From Candidatus Aenigmatarchaeota archaeon (GTDB lineage Archaea; Aenigmatarchaeota; Aenigmatarchaeia; CG10238-14; SCSR01): a stretch of 64,000 nt of DNA. Positions 1 through 9,852 of this stretch are shown here, piece by piece (positions within the stretch are counted from its first letter, which is position 1; each line of letters starts with the position of its first letter). The notes beneath the pieces were generated by a model that was given only the letters and a program-made list of their open reading frames with translations, had not been told where the DNA came from and searched no databases. The DNA lies in NCBI GenBank assembly GCA_030615205.1, contig JAUWZS010000001.1, positions 209,492 to 273,491 of the forward strand. Reading direction: 5' to 3'. The position numbers and the translations under genes are program-made.

Positions 1-330
1 TAAACTAGGCCATGCTGGGAATATAACATTATGAAAGGGTTTGTATATTGTAGATTCTTTAAAATAAAATTTCGTACGGTCCTCCAAGTCCTCGAGTAAG
101 AGTTTAAGTAATTGTTTTTTGGGACTATATTCTACGAAAACTTTTTTGTTGCTCACATAAGATTTTATAGGAAATCTGTAATACGCCTTTAAGCCATTTT
201 TATTAAAATGAAAATCTCCCCCAATTACCTCCAAGTCAGGTGAGCCAATCTTATCCACTTCTAAAAACTCTGGGAAAAAGTTTACATTCATCCTTACTTT
301 CAATATATTATATATATTGTAATTTTTCAT
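1..330 (-). CDS. hypothetical protein, C-terminal part cut off by window edge (first 110 aa present)
   Basis: Own translation from the ATG (complement of cat at 328-330): MKNYNIYNILKVRMNVNFFPEFLEVDKIGSPDLEVIGGDF... It stays open to position 1. It is absent from the ORF track because it has no in-window stop. No family recognised. Confidence 0.35.
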   Translation of the reverse strand, partial: MKNYNIYNILKVRMNVNFFPEFLEVDKIGSPDLEVIGGDFHFNKNGLKAYYRFPIKSYVSNKKVFVEYSPKKQLLKLLLEDLEDRTKFYFKESTIYKPFHNVIFPAWPSL

Positions 331-362
331 TTATTCACCGACTCATCCGCCAAGTTTAGTTA

Positions 363-1508
363 TTAGACTAGAGCACAACATCTTCTACACCCCGGAAAGA
401 TACCACATTCCTTTAATTTTTTCCTAAAAAATATAAATCTTTGGCTGTTCCATAATTCAGATAAATTATTTTCCTTTAGATTCCCGATAACGTATTCTGG
501 TATATAGTAGTCAGGACATGGAACTACATCTCCATTAGGTTTTATAGTTGCAGAATACCATGGGTACAAACAGCCTTTATTAATAATCTTATTCAGATTT
601 TTATAATCTGAGAAAGACGTGCCTTTTTTAGATAAGTCAGGCCAAAATTTTAGATATATGTTACTTTTTTTGGCGATCTCTCTTAATTTTTTTAGTTGAG
701 ATTCTAAAATCTTCTCATCAATTTCATTAATTTTTTCATTTACATATCCGAAAATTCCTTTACAATCTATATTGAAAATATTTTTCATCATCTCTTTATG
801 AGCATTGGCGAGCTTCTTTGATGTAAACCAAAATTGCTGGAAAGTTATTCTGTCTACTTGCAAATCTAACGCAAGTTTTAGTATTGGGACCAAATCCTTA
901 TAGTTAGTTGGAGAGATCGTAGTATTCATCTTTATTATTGGTGTTTCGCTGCCTCTCAATTTCTTTTGTTCTACAAGTTTTCTTATGTTTCCTATAGTTT
1001 TTTCAAAATTTCCTTTACCTCTTATAGCATCGTGGGTTTTTTTAGTTCCGTCTATTGATATGTTTATTTGATCTAATCCAGAACCTATGATTTCATTTAT
1101 TTCGTCTCTGATAAGTATGCCATTGGATGTTATGTCACATAAAAATCCTTTGGATTTTATATGGTTGATTATTTCTAATAGGTCTTCTCTAATGAAGGGT
1201 TCGCCACCGGATATATAGATTAAATAACATGTTGATGGTAAATTGTCTATAATGTTCTTTATTTCATCTGTTGAGAGTTCTTCTTTAGCATATTGTTTAC
1301 CTATTCCGGATTCCCCCCACAACCAACAAAATTTACATCTAAGGTTGCATCTTGCAGTAATTTCAAAGATTACATGCTTGGGCCCCAAACTTCTCCCGTT
1401 AAGGAGCCTATAATCGAAGTTTGTTTTTTCTCTTGATAGATTGTAAAATAGTTTTGGTAAAAGTCTAAAATTTTTTTTCAATAATTTTATTTTTTTACTT
1501 GTTTCCAT
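363..1508 (-). CDS. radical SAM protein with C-terminal SPASM-type Cys cluster
   Basis: CNLRCKFC (CxxxCxxC) near the N-terminus, GGEPF motif, and a C-terminal Cys-rich tail (CPDYY...GCRRCC) typical of SPASM/twitch domains. Confidence 0.8.
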   Translation of the reverse strand: METSKKIKLLKKNFRLLPKLFYNLSREKTNFDYRLLNGRSLGPKHVIFEITARCNLRCKFCWLWGESGIGKQYAKEELSTDEIKNIIDNLPSTCYLIYISGGEPFIREDLLEIINHIKSKGFLCDITSNGILIRDEINEIIGSGLDQINISIDGTKKTHDAIRGKGNFEKTIGNIRKLVEQKKLRGSETPIIKMNTTISPTNYKDLVPILKLALDLQVDRITFQQFWFTSKKLANAHKEMMKNIFNIDCKGIFGYVNEKINEIDEKILESQLKKLREIAKKSNIYLKFWPDLSKKGTSFSDYKNLNKIINKGCLYPWYSATIKPNGDVVPCPDYYIPEYVIGNLKENNLSELWNSQRFIFFRKKLKECGIFPGCRRCCALV

Positions 1509-1593
1509 TAAACATCACACTAACTTATAGTTTTTGATATTAATTATTCAAGTGGTGCGTAAAAATTAAAGGTGATATGAATAACATTATCTT

Positions 1594-2448
1594 TCACAAA
1601 ATTTCATAACTCTTATCCAAGGTCAGCTTATAAATTTCTGGAGTCCCTATTTCCAATCTAGTTTCCCCTGGTTTCAACTCTTCAGCATATACCGATAAGC
1701 CCCAGTCTATTAATAATTGGATTGCATCTGTTAATTCTTTTTGACCATTTTTATCATAGTCTATCTGCTCTAAAGCCTTAAATATCATTGGGGTGAAAAC
1801 ATACACACCGACCACACATAGGTTTGAATCTGGTTCTTTTGGTTTTTCAATAATTTTATCAACCTTGTAGATTCCATCTCCAACTTCTTTACCAATAACT
1901 ACCCCGAATCTTTCAGGATCAGGAACTCGTTCAACAACTATGGTAGCAGCTGCACCGAACTTATCGTGTGTTGCAACAAGTCTTTTGAGAAAATCGTTGT
2001 TTTTTGAAACGATAAAATCATCCCCAGCAAAAAGCAAGAAATTATCCGATTGGACAAAGGATTTTGCCTTGTGTACAGCGTCCCCAAACCCTCTTGGTCT
2101 CAGCTGATTCTTCCATATTATATCCACATTCTCTAACATGAAATAAAATTTCCTGAGTTCATTGGAAAGCTCTGTCTTATTGTTATTTTCCAATAGTCTT
2201 AATAAATTATCGTCAGGTGTAAAATGATCTTCAATGGCTCTTTTGCCCCTACCTACAATAAAACAAACATTTTTTATACCAAAACCATAAAGTTGCTCAA
2301 ATATAATTTGTAACAATGGTTTTACACAAATCCCACCATCACTATTCCTAGCGAAGATGGGCAACATCTCCTTGGCCTGTTCTTTAGTTTCTGGTAGGAA
2401 TCTTGTTCCCAAACCAGCAGCTGTGATTACCGCTTTATTTATCGTCAT
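1594..2448 (-). CDS. galU: UTP--glucose-1-phosphate uridylyltransferase-type sugar nucleotidyltransferase
   Basis: N-terminal AAGLGTRFLPETK...KEMLP signature of the GalU/nucleotidyltransferase family. 4-nt overlap with the upstream dehydrogenase gene. Confidence 0.75.
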   Translation of the reverse strand: MTINKAVITAAGLGTRFLPETKEQAKEMLPIFARNSDGGICVKPLLQIIFEQLYGFGIKNVCFIVGRGKRAIEDHFTPDDNLLRLLENNNKTELSNELRKFYFMLENVDIIWKNQLRPRGFGDAVHKAKSFVQSDNFLLFAGDDFIVSKNNDFLKRLVATHDKFGAAATIVVERVPDPERFGVVIGKEVGDGIYKVDKIIEKPKEPDSNLCVVGVYVFTPMIFKALEQIDYDKNGQKELTDAIQLLIDWGLSVYAEELKPGETRLEIGTPEIYKLTLDKSYEIL

Positions 2449-3338
2449 TCTTTATCGGCCTCTTGAATTTCATCATTTATCCTATCTATCGTCTCAAATA
2501 AAGTTGGTTCGCAGCCGGTTTCTTTTGCAAAATGTATGAATGCTTTCACATCTTTTGGCAAGCACTTACCTTGATAACCACGACCTGTTATAACTGATCC
2601 ATATTTTCCAATACGGGCGTCCATTGCGACTATGTCTGCTACAAATTGTACATCAATTCCCAATTTCTCACAAACTGGTTTAAAATCGTACCAAGGTGTT
2701 ATTCGGCTCGCTAAAATACAATTGCTAGCATATTTAATCATTTCAGCGGTTCGGAGGTCCGTCCTAAAAATGGGGATTTTTAGTGGGTTGTAGAGTTTTT
2801 CGACGATGTTCCCAGATTTTTTATCAAACTCGCCGATGACAATCCTGTCCACTGTGAGAAAATGTCTAGACATGCTTATATCGTTACTCCAGGATTTGTG
2901 TATTTCTGTCAAAAATTCTGGGTTCATACACAAACCAAAATCTGTACCACATTTCTTTCCCGATTCTTGTTCAATGATAGGTTTAACAATCTTTTTTGTG
3001 GTTGTTGGGATTACAGTGCTCTTAATTACTACAACGTGATATTGGTTTTTGGTTTTTATGGCCTGTGCCAAGGATTTAGCTGCAGACTTCACATAACTCA
3101 AATCTATTTTTCCGTTTATGGTGGGTGTTGGGACAGTCACAAAAGATATGTCTGAATTTTTTACAGCATACCCAACATCATTTGTGGTATCGAATCCTTC
3201 GGCCTTTAACTTTTCGATTCTGTCTTTACAAATATCATAAAATATTACATCGTTGCCAAGCTCTTTAAATCCCTTTCCAATGGTTGTTCCTACAACACCG
3301 CTTCCTATTATGCTAACCCTTGCCAACTGAACACCCAA
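2445..3338 (-). CDS. UDP-glucose/GDP-mannose dehydrogenase family protein, short form
   Basis: Rossmann N-terminus IIGSGVVGTTIG and the catalytic-Cys motif GKCLPKDV about 38 aa before the stop. The C-terminal UDP-binding domain seems absent. Confidence 0.7.
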   Translation of the reverse strand: MGVQLARVSIIGSGVVGTTIGKGFKELGNDVIFYDICKDRIEKLKAEGFDTTNDVGYAVKNSDISFVTVPTPTINGKIDLSYVKSAAKSLAQAIKTKNQYHVVVIKSTVIPTTTKKIVKPIIEQESGKKCGTDFGLCMNPEFLTEIHKSWSNDISMSRHFLTVDRIVIGEFDKKSGNIVEKLYNPLKIPIFRTDLRTAEMIKYASNCILASRITPWYDFKPVCEKLGIDVQFVADIVAMDARIGKYGSVITGRGYQGKCLPKDVKAFIHFAKETGCEPTLFETIDRINDEIQEADKE

Positions 3339-3689
3339 TTAAAGATAAGAAAAATACTTATAAAAAGCTTACAAAAGTGTGAAATTATTTCCTTTCATAA
3401 AACTCCATTTGCAATTAAATTGTAAATTATTTAAATAGACATTTGTAGTTTTAACAAATATTTAGAATAGGGTATCAGTAATTTAAATTCGTGCTAAGAA
3501 TTGAGGTACTTGGCTCTAGAGACTAGCTTGCTGGCGAATATCTATTGACAATTTCAGGTCATATGATGAAAACTGCTGGAAGATTTATTAATTACATGAT
3601 GAGTTAACTAAAGCCTATGGTATAGTTGTTGATTTAAAACCAAATGTTTGATAAATATTCACTAGTACGTATACTAATGGGTCGATAAT

Positions 3690-5282
3690 TTGAAAATTGG
3701 CATTAGACGTATCATTTTGATTTTACTCCTAGCGATATCTATATGGTATCTTTTATCACCGAGCATATTTAGAGTCGTAGGTGTAAGAGTAATTTTCATT
3801 GATGGTAATGCCAAGTGCGGCAATCTGAAGATTGGAAATATAATAACACAGATTGAAGGAACCCGAATTGGGAATAGAGAAGATTACAATGTGGTCTTAA
3901 ACGCTGTCTCTGTTGGTAGCCATATAACTATGATTGTAAATGGTGGACCAGGTGGATGTACTGCATTAGATGCAGGTGGCCTGGGTATAAAAGTTACTGA
4001 TGTTGAGTATGGAGGACTTGAGTTTGGTACAGACCTTGTTGGTGGTGAGAAGGTTTTATTGTCAAGTAGTGATGATTTGGGTGATGACGATGTTTCTTAT
4101 ATTTCAGGTGTTCTTGAAAAAAGACTTAAAGTTACTGATCTTAAGGATGCTAAAATTTCTGTAGATGGCAAAACAATTATAATTTATACGCCTACCAGCA
4201 GCCGACTAGGACCATTATTAACAAATGGTAAAATCGAAGCTATGATAGAACAAGAAGTAAAGTTAACCAATGATAGTGGAAGGATTATAGTTAATACCAG
4301 CTCGTATGATATTTTTTGGAATGGTTTGAATGTGATAGTTGATGGGGACAGCTATAATATTGGTGATTTTTTTAGCCTTGAAGGCGTACAGTTCAGAGTG
4401 GCTAATGTAACGAATGTGTCGATTGTTGTAGACGCACTGATTTTTGATAATAACGACATTGAAAAAATACCTACGGTTGCTGGATATGTTAAATACGATA
4501 GTTTGACGAACCAATATCAATTTAATATACCGGTTGAGGTCTCAGAAGAGGCTGGTATAAGATTCTCAAAAATTACAAAGGGGTTAGTACCCTTGTACGG
4601 AATGGGTGGCAATGTGCTTAATGGTATGTTGGTTTATTATCTGGATTCTGAAGAAATTACAAGACTCTCAATACCATCTGATATGGTTGGCACGCCTATA
4701 AAAACGATTTCAATAGTTGGTGGTGAGTCTACTATGAAAGAAGCTGTTAATAAAAAAATATCATTTGAAATCGCTCTAGAAGGAGAACTAGAAAAGAACT
4801 TGTCTATAGAGAGCATAGATTATTTTTCTGGCGATCTTGGTTGGATGATTTTGGGCGGAGGAGCTGTAGTAATAAGTATTATAATTGTAACATTTGCCCT
4901 CGGCGCAATTCGCTACAAAAATCTAAAAGTCGGTGTGTTTGGCTCGATAATTTTGTTTTTAGAAATAGTATATATATTTGGTGTAGCTTCAATCTCACAA
5001 TCTGTTTTAACTTCTGGGTGGATAATAGACGCGGCTTCTTTATTTGGTGCTTGTACTTTTACAATTATTAGCATGACCCAAATTATTCTTTTATCCGAAA
5101 AGGCTTTGAGGCAACGTATTCTAAAAAGATATAATCAATTTGTGTTTTTAGTGTTTATTGTAGGATTTTTACTTCTATTTACGCCCTTAAACAGATTCGG
5201 CCTTGTATTGATTGTTGGCGGCCTGATTGGAACATTTCTGACAAAGCCTGTTTATATCGATTTCCTATCAGGGTTTAGGTAG
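3690..5282 (+). CDS. SecD/SecF-like membrane protein with N-terminal PDZ-like segment (putative)
   Basis: TTG start. One N-terminal TM, a large extracytoplasmic region, then five C-terminal TMs (SecD/F-like topology). PDZ-like stretch GNLKIGNIITQIEGTRIGNREDY. Confidence 0.4.
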   Translation: MKIGIRRIILILLLAISIWYLLSPSIFRVVGVRVIFIDGNAKCGNLKIGNIITQIEGTRIGNREDYNVVLNAVSVGSHITMIVNGGPGGCTALDAGGLGIKVTDVEYGGLEFGTDLVGGEKVLLSSSDDLGDDDVSYISGVLEKRLKVTDLKDAKISVDGKTIIIYTPTSSRLGPLLTNGKIEAMIEQEVKLTNDSGRIIVNTSSYDIFWNGLNVIVDGDSYNIGDFFSLEGVQFRVANVTNVSIVVDALIFDNNDIEKIPTVAGYVKYDSLTNQYQFNIPVEVSEEAGIRFSKITKGLVPLYGMGGNVLNGMLVYYLDSEEITRLSIPSDMVGTPIKTISIVGGESTMKEAVNKKISFEIALEGELEKNLSIESIDYFSGDLGWMILGGGAVVISIIIVTFALGAIRYKNLKVGVFGSIILFLEIVYIFGVASISQSVLTSGWIIDAASLFGACTFTIISMTQIILLSEKALRQRILKRYNQFVFLVFIVGFLLLFTPLNRFGLVLIVGGLIGTFLTKPVYIDFLSGFR

Positions 5283-7997
5283 AATATAATATTTAGATCT
5301 CTCACTGCCTTTGTAAAACAAGACCCTGCCACCACAAGAACCACATTTCCCGATTAATGGGGGTCTTCCATATGTTTTCCCACATTTCTCGCATACTACC
5401 CCATCTATGGAATCTAGTGGTTCACTTAGAGCTCTCGTTTTCGTGGGCTTCTTAGAAGTTTGTCTCTTACCAAAAAGGGAAGTTAAAAGCATCTGCCGTC
5501 CAACACCTAATAGTTCCGATTTGTCTATGCCCATAGATTCGAATACTCTTTCCAATGGCGGCAGCAACTGGTTTTCTATATAGTACTTGGAATCTATTTT
5601 CAGGCCATGTGCCTTAACATATTCTGGGTCTTCTGCACGATTTGAGAGCAATTGTAGACCTTGTGTAATAACAAATCCTATCCTATCACCAACACCGGGC
5701 GCATCGCTAGGGCTCCTTCTTCTCATCTTTTTAACAACTTCTATATGTGGTTGTATTCCTTTGTAAGACCTTACCGGTTTGGTTATACTTTTCGTTATAA
5801 CAAGACTCTCGATAGGTATTTCATTTTTTTGGAGTTTCTTCAGCACGCCGCGTACATACTCGAATGCTTTTTTCGGATTTTGTTCTTTAAGGATTATTTC
5901 CAATACTCTAAATAAGGTGGTGCTCACTAGGTCGCACCAGTCGCGTCTTATAGTTTCTATACCTTTCATAATTAAACTGTCTTCCCATTCATCATCGCGC
6001 TTTTCAAAACTCCATCCAGCGTACCTTTTTTTTGTTAGAATAAGTATGGATTTGAAGATGCTCTCTATCTTTATTTTAACTATGCCTTTAAGTTCGTTGT
6101 TTATCTTTTTCTCTAATTCTAAACCTATCTTGAACGCTTCATCTATGTCTTTCGCGTCAGTCTTTACCATTATTGAATCTGTATCTCCATAAATCACTTT
6201 ATACCGTTTATCCTTTTCGACAATATCTCTAGTCTTTTGTATTAAAAATCTCCCACAACTTGTTATCGCGTTTGCTATATCTAGAACATATACTTTTGCA
6301 CGTGTGTATCCAGTATAACCGTAGAACGCATTCGCCATTGTTTTTAGTGCAAACTGTTTTGCATCCAGCTCGCGCCTTTTATTTTCGTCTTTTGTTTTTC
6401 TCATTTCCTTTTTCACAAGGTCGCGTTCGTTGATTAGCTGTTCTACTATCCCAGGGATGATGCCGGGCCTGATTTCTTTTGAAACAAACCTAGTCCCGTA
6501 CGGTGTGTCCACGGCTTTTTCTTTACTGCCCTTTTCGAGTAATGTCGTTGGGCAGATATTGTATGATATGTATATGGAGGGGTACATGCTCTTGAAATCT
6601 AAATAAATTATACTAGCTGTATGGAGCCCTGTTTCCGGCTCAAGTACTAAAGCCCCTTTCAAAGCTTTGGTCTCTCTCTCTGTGGTTCTTTTCGAAATCT
6701 CACCTGGAGTTGGCTTGCAAGGTAGAACAAAACCTGCCTCATTAAATTTTCTAACCAATAGCGTTTCCAAACGGATTGATTCGCCGCCTGACAACGCATC
6801 TTGAAGCAATACCCCAGAAACTTTTGATAATTCTATAAATTTATCCAGCATATTCTTTTCTAGAATAAGTCTGAGCGCTAACACTGCATCCTTCCTAGAA
6901 TAGCTTATCAGTTTTTCTATTTTTTTATCATCACCGTTCCAATATTTTCCAATTTCGCTGTGAGTTATCTTTATTTTATCCTCGTTTAAGAGGGCTTTCG
7001 AAACGTCACCCAATCCGTATCTCTTAAGCCTCATCAGTCCTTTGCCCACAGACTCTTTTATCAATTCATACGCATCTGCTATAATTCTCCCAGTAGCAAC
7101 GTTTCTGTGCCACATCCCAAATTTCCTAGAATAGGCTTGTTTTTTCTTACATCTGCCAAGCATACATGGTATACCACACTGCAGGAATCTCTCTACTATA
7201 TATGGAAAATCAAAACCGTTTATGTTGTATCCGATAATTACATCTGGGTCAAATAAATCAACGACCCTTAAAAATTCTTTAAGCATCGCCTTCTCGTTTG
7301 TGAAACTTTTCACACTTTTGTCGCCGTTTTTAATTTGTTTTACAAGAAAAACCATCGAGTCTTGGTCATTATGTTTTGGATAGAAGGCCATACTTATCAT
7401 AGCTATTTCATCCTTTCTCGCGTCTGGCAAACCTTCACGACTGCTCATGACCTCAATATCAATGGACATATATTTCAGATCAGGGTTGATATCTTCATCA
7501 GTCGGTGCTATTTTTGATATTGTTACCCGATGGTTTGCTTTGACAGTTGTTGTGTTTGAGTGTCCTCCGCTTACTGTAACACCACTCATGCCAAATATAC
7601 CATTATCTACCATGAACCTATATTTGAAAAGTATGTCAGCCTCAAAGATATCTTTAACAAATTTGTTTCTCCTCAATTCATCCCTAATAGTTGGTACTTT
7701 AGATGGGTCTGTTAATGTAATTTTCAGTATGTCTGTCTTTTCTTTTTGGAATCCGATTGGCAGGTATTTTTTCAAAGTTTCTATTTTTATAACAAGGTTG
7801 TTGAATTTTTTATTCAGCAAATCGATGATGTGTGGTGTCCCATCATTACCCACAGGTAAAATGTAAAAGTACGGTTGAAATCCCTCATAAAACGCGCACA
7901 CTGTTTTACCTTCCTTTGTTTTACCAAAAAGTCTTATAACTGGCTTGTTTCCATTCATGAAATAATCGCAGTCTAGAAGTTGAAATGTTAGCTTCAT
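5268..7997 (-). CDS. polB: family B DNA polymerase with C-terminal Cys4 zinc-ribbon extension
   Basis: Exo I SIDIEV, Exo II YNINGFDFPY, Exo III YSRKDAVLA. Pol motif A DFKSMYPSI, motif B KTMANAFYGYTGY, motif C YGDTDS. C-terminal CEKCGK-x12-CGSCGG. Confidence 0.95.
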   Translation of the reverse strand: MKLTFQLLDCDYFMNGNKPVIRLFGKTKEGKTVCAFYEGFQPYFYILPVGNDGTPHIIDLLNKKFNNLVIKIETLKKYLPIGFQKEKTDILKITLTDPSKVPTIRDELRRNKFVKDIFEADILFKYRFMVDNGIFGMSGVTVSGGHSNTTTVKANHRVTISKIAPTDEDINPDLKYMSIDIEVMSSREGLPDARKDEIAMISMAFYPKHNDQDSMVFLVKQIKNGDKSVKSFTNEKAMLKEFLRVVDLFDPDVIIGYNINGFDFPYIVERFLQCGIPCMLGRCKKKQAYSRKFGMWHRNVATGRIIADAYELIKESVGKGLMRLKRYGLGDVSKALLNEDKIKITHSEIGKYWNGDDKKIEKLISYSRKDAVLALRLILEKNMLDKFIELSKVSGVLLQDALSGGESIRLETLLVRKFNEAGFVLPCKPTPGEISKRTTERETKALKGALVLEPETGLHTASIIYLDFKSMYPSIYISYNICPTTLLEKGSKEKAVDTPYGTRFVSKEIRPGIIPGIVEQLINERDLVKKEMRKTKDENKRRELDAKQFALKTMANAFYGYTGYTRAKVYVLDIANAITSCGRFLIQKTRDIVEKDKRYKVIYGDTDSIMVKTDAKDIDEAFKIGLELEKKINNELKGIVKIKIESIFKSILILTKKRYAGWSFEKRDDEWEDSLIMKGIETIRRDWCDLVSTTLFRVLEIILKEQNPKKAFEYVRGVLKKLQKNEIPIESLVITKSITKPVRSYKGIQPHIEVVKKMRRRSPSDAPGVGDRIGFVITQGLQLLSNRAEDPEYVKAHGLKIDSKYYIENQLLPPLERVFESMGIDKSELLGVGRQMLLTSLFGKRQTSKKPTKTRALSEPLDSIDGVVCEKCGKTYGRPPLIGKCGSCGGRVLFYKGSERSKYYILPKP

Positions 7998-8006
7998 ATG
8001 TTAAGA

Positions 8007-9263
8007 TTATGAGAGGTCAAGTTTATTAATTTCGCGGCTCTCCAAGTTTACTCCCCAAAAAATAGGATTGTCTGCCAGGTCGCCTGTTGTAATAATAGTG
8101 ACTCCTTTGTAGTTTGTTGTTTGTGGGGAATGAAAACCACCAGACACGAAGATGTCAGGGATTTGATCTATAACGGATTCCGTTGATGGTATACATGGTC
8201 GGCCAGGCTCTGCACAAGGGTTTAACTCTCTTCTCTTTAGTATATTTTTCATAACACTCATAGCATCGCCGCTCCACACATCATCATATTTACAGAGTCT
8301 ATCGCCTTGGCATAATAAAAAATTAATCCCATCAATCTCAAGAATTATAGGAATCTCCGAGACTAGAACATCTTCAGATTCTGGCGCTCGCGCGTCTTTA
8401 CTCGATTGTAAAAATATTTTGAAGGTTTCTTTTGGCATGCCAACCAACAACCTCTTAACATCTTCCGATCTTCTTGAAATCCCGCCCAGAATAAAGATGT
8501 ATACTTTTACATAGTTTTCTTTTCCGGTGGTTGTTTCAACCCATTTAACAAATTTTTCATATCTCTCTTTATCAAAATTTTTCGAGTCCATATGAAAGTC
8601 TGAAATGAATATACAATAAACACTTCTTTTCGCTTTTCTCGCTTCTCGTTTCAATGATACATCAGGCCAAATAATTCTTCTCGCCTTTATACCGTTAGGT
8701 GAAGAATCGCAAAGAACTGCAATCACATCATTCTCAAGTAGGTTTTCAAATTCAGATTTGTCTTTAAAATAAACGGTCGTGTTCCCTGTTAAATCCTCCA
8801 CTATAGCAGATTTCTCAATTTGATCCTTCTCCATCACCATACAAATTATAACAAATTGTTTTTGTTTCTGTATTTTATTTATTGACAAGAGTTTAGCAGA
8901 ATCGACTCTGCTCATGAGCAGTTGTTTCTTTCTTGTATAAATATCCGCAAATTCATTGGAATAATCGGATATAGAAATTTTCTCTTTTTCATGACCAATA
9001 TAAAATTTCTTTATAATTTTTATAGTTGATTCTTTCTCCTTCAATATGGTTTTCACAAAACTCAAGGTTATTATAGATGGTTGGGGTTTGGTTGCTTTGG
9101 TTTTTTGTATGAACTCGTTGGTCTTTTCTGGGTTTGTTATAAAATAATCCAGAGTAGACGTGTCTATCTGGTACCCTTCTTTTAGAAGCCTCACTACTAT
9201 TTCCTCTTTCTTCATTACAACCACCTGGCTCCCAGCAGCCGAGTAAATGAGACGACTGCCCAC
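8007..9263 (-). CDS. dp1: DNA polymerase II (PolD) small subunit DP1-like protein with degenerate phosphoesterase motifs
   Basis: N-terminal helical domain, OB-fold region (VEDLTGNTTVYF...) and a calcineurin-like C-terminal domain that starts FISDFHMDS. The later metal-binding motifs look degenerate (LGGISRR, QSSKD, GGFHS). The likely true start is MKKEE at 9215. Confidence 0.7.
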   Translation of the reverse strand: MGSRLIYSAAGSQVVVMKKEEIVVRLLKEGYQIDTSTLDYFITNPEKTNEFIQKTKATKPQPSIITLSFVKTILKEKESTIKIIKKFYIGHEKEKISISDYSNEFADIYTRKKQLLMSRVDSAKLLSINKIQKQKQFVIICMVMEKDQIEKSAIVEDLTGNTTVYFKDKSEFENLLENDVIAVLCDSSPNGIKARRIIWPDVSLKREARKAKRSVYCIFISDFHMDSKNFDKERYEKFVKWVETTTGKENYVKVYIFILGGISRRSEDVKRLLVGMPKETFKIFLQSSKDARAPESEDVLVSEIPIILEIDGINFLLCQGDRLCKYDDVWSGDAMSVMKNILKRRELNPCAEPGRPCIPSTESVIDQIPDIFVSGGFHSPQTTNYKGVTIITTGDLADNPIFWGVNLESREINKLDLS

Positions 9264-9283
9264 AACATCCCAATTGGTTTATA

Positions 9284-9541
9284 TCATCGTTTCAAAGTAT
9301 AAACAACAAGACCAGTTTCCCCAGTTTTTTTAGAGTGTGGTAGTGGTATTGGTTTAATATGGTTCGTTTCCACCAACTCTCTAACGTACTTTTGTACTGT
9401 GTTCCAACTCGTTTGTATCTCTAATTCTTCGGCCATAAGCCTGCACAAAGCAGATGTTGTTAAAGGTACAGCTGATTTTTCTAGGGTTGTGAGAATTGCT
9501 CTTAGCATATCGGATCTTTTGCTGGGTCTTCCTCTTTTCAT
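9284..9541 (-). CDS. small winged-helix DNA-binding protein (putative)
   Basis: 85 aa. Basic N-terminus, then a helix-turn-helix-like LTTSALCRLMAEELEIQTSWNTVQKYVRELV and a beta-hairpin wing GLVVYTLK. Confidence 0.45.
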   Translation of the reverse strand: MKRGRPSKRSDMLRAILTTLEKSAVPLTTSALCRLMAEELEIQTSWNTVQKYVRELVETNHIKPIPLPHSKKTGETGLVVYTLKR

Positions 9542-9686
9542 ATATTTTCTATGAATAGTTACAAAAATAAGTTTTTGTAAACATTCCTATCAAACTTCGA
9601 TTAAGCTGTCAGTAAATTTTGTTATAGTTGGTATATATGTTAATAATAAAAAATATAATTTATATTATATTATAACATTGTTATAT

Positions 9687-9720
9687 TATTAATTTATTAA
9701 TTTATTAATTTATTAATTTA
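9687..9720. repeat. tandem 8-bp repeat (TATTAATT)x4 in AT-rich intergenic region
   Basis: Read directly: tattaatt tattaatt tattaatt tattaatt ta. Confidence 0.9.
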
Positions 9721-9795
9721 CAGAAATATGGAACATTGTAAGGATTCTTTGCTGACAGGCTCCCCAACATTTTATACAAAATATCAGATTATTTT

Positions 9796-9852
9796 GTTGG
9801 AGAGTTCATAAAATATGGTTGGAGAGTTCAAATATATTAGTTGGAAACATCA
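9796..9852 (+). repeat. three 22-bp-phased direct repeats GTTGGAGAGTTCA (iteron/ORB-like)
   Basis: Exact 13-mers at 9796-9808 and 9818-9830. Degenerate copy GTTGGAAACATCA at 9840-9852. Inverted GTTGGGGAG at 9760-9768. GTTGGAAA at 9903-9910. Confidence 0.85.

Noticed and set aside
3563-3601. Two AUGAUGA (C-box-like) motifs 32 nt apart in the intergenic region upstream of the SecD-like gene, a possible C/D box sRNA.
   Set aside because: There is no CUGA D or D' box at the required ~12-nt guide spacing after either motif, so the C/D architecture cannot be completed.
8989-9273. 94-aa alternative-frame ORF at the 5' end of the DP1-like gene.
   Set aside because: It lies wholly inside the DP1 ORF in another frame, and the DP1 frame has the recognisable N-terminal domain.
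9687-9720. Regularly spaced short repeats, considered as a possible CRISPR array.
   Set aside because: The units are 8 bp and strictly tandem with no spacers. This is a microsatellite-like AT repeat, not a CRISPR array. No CRISPR array is seen anywhere in the window.
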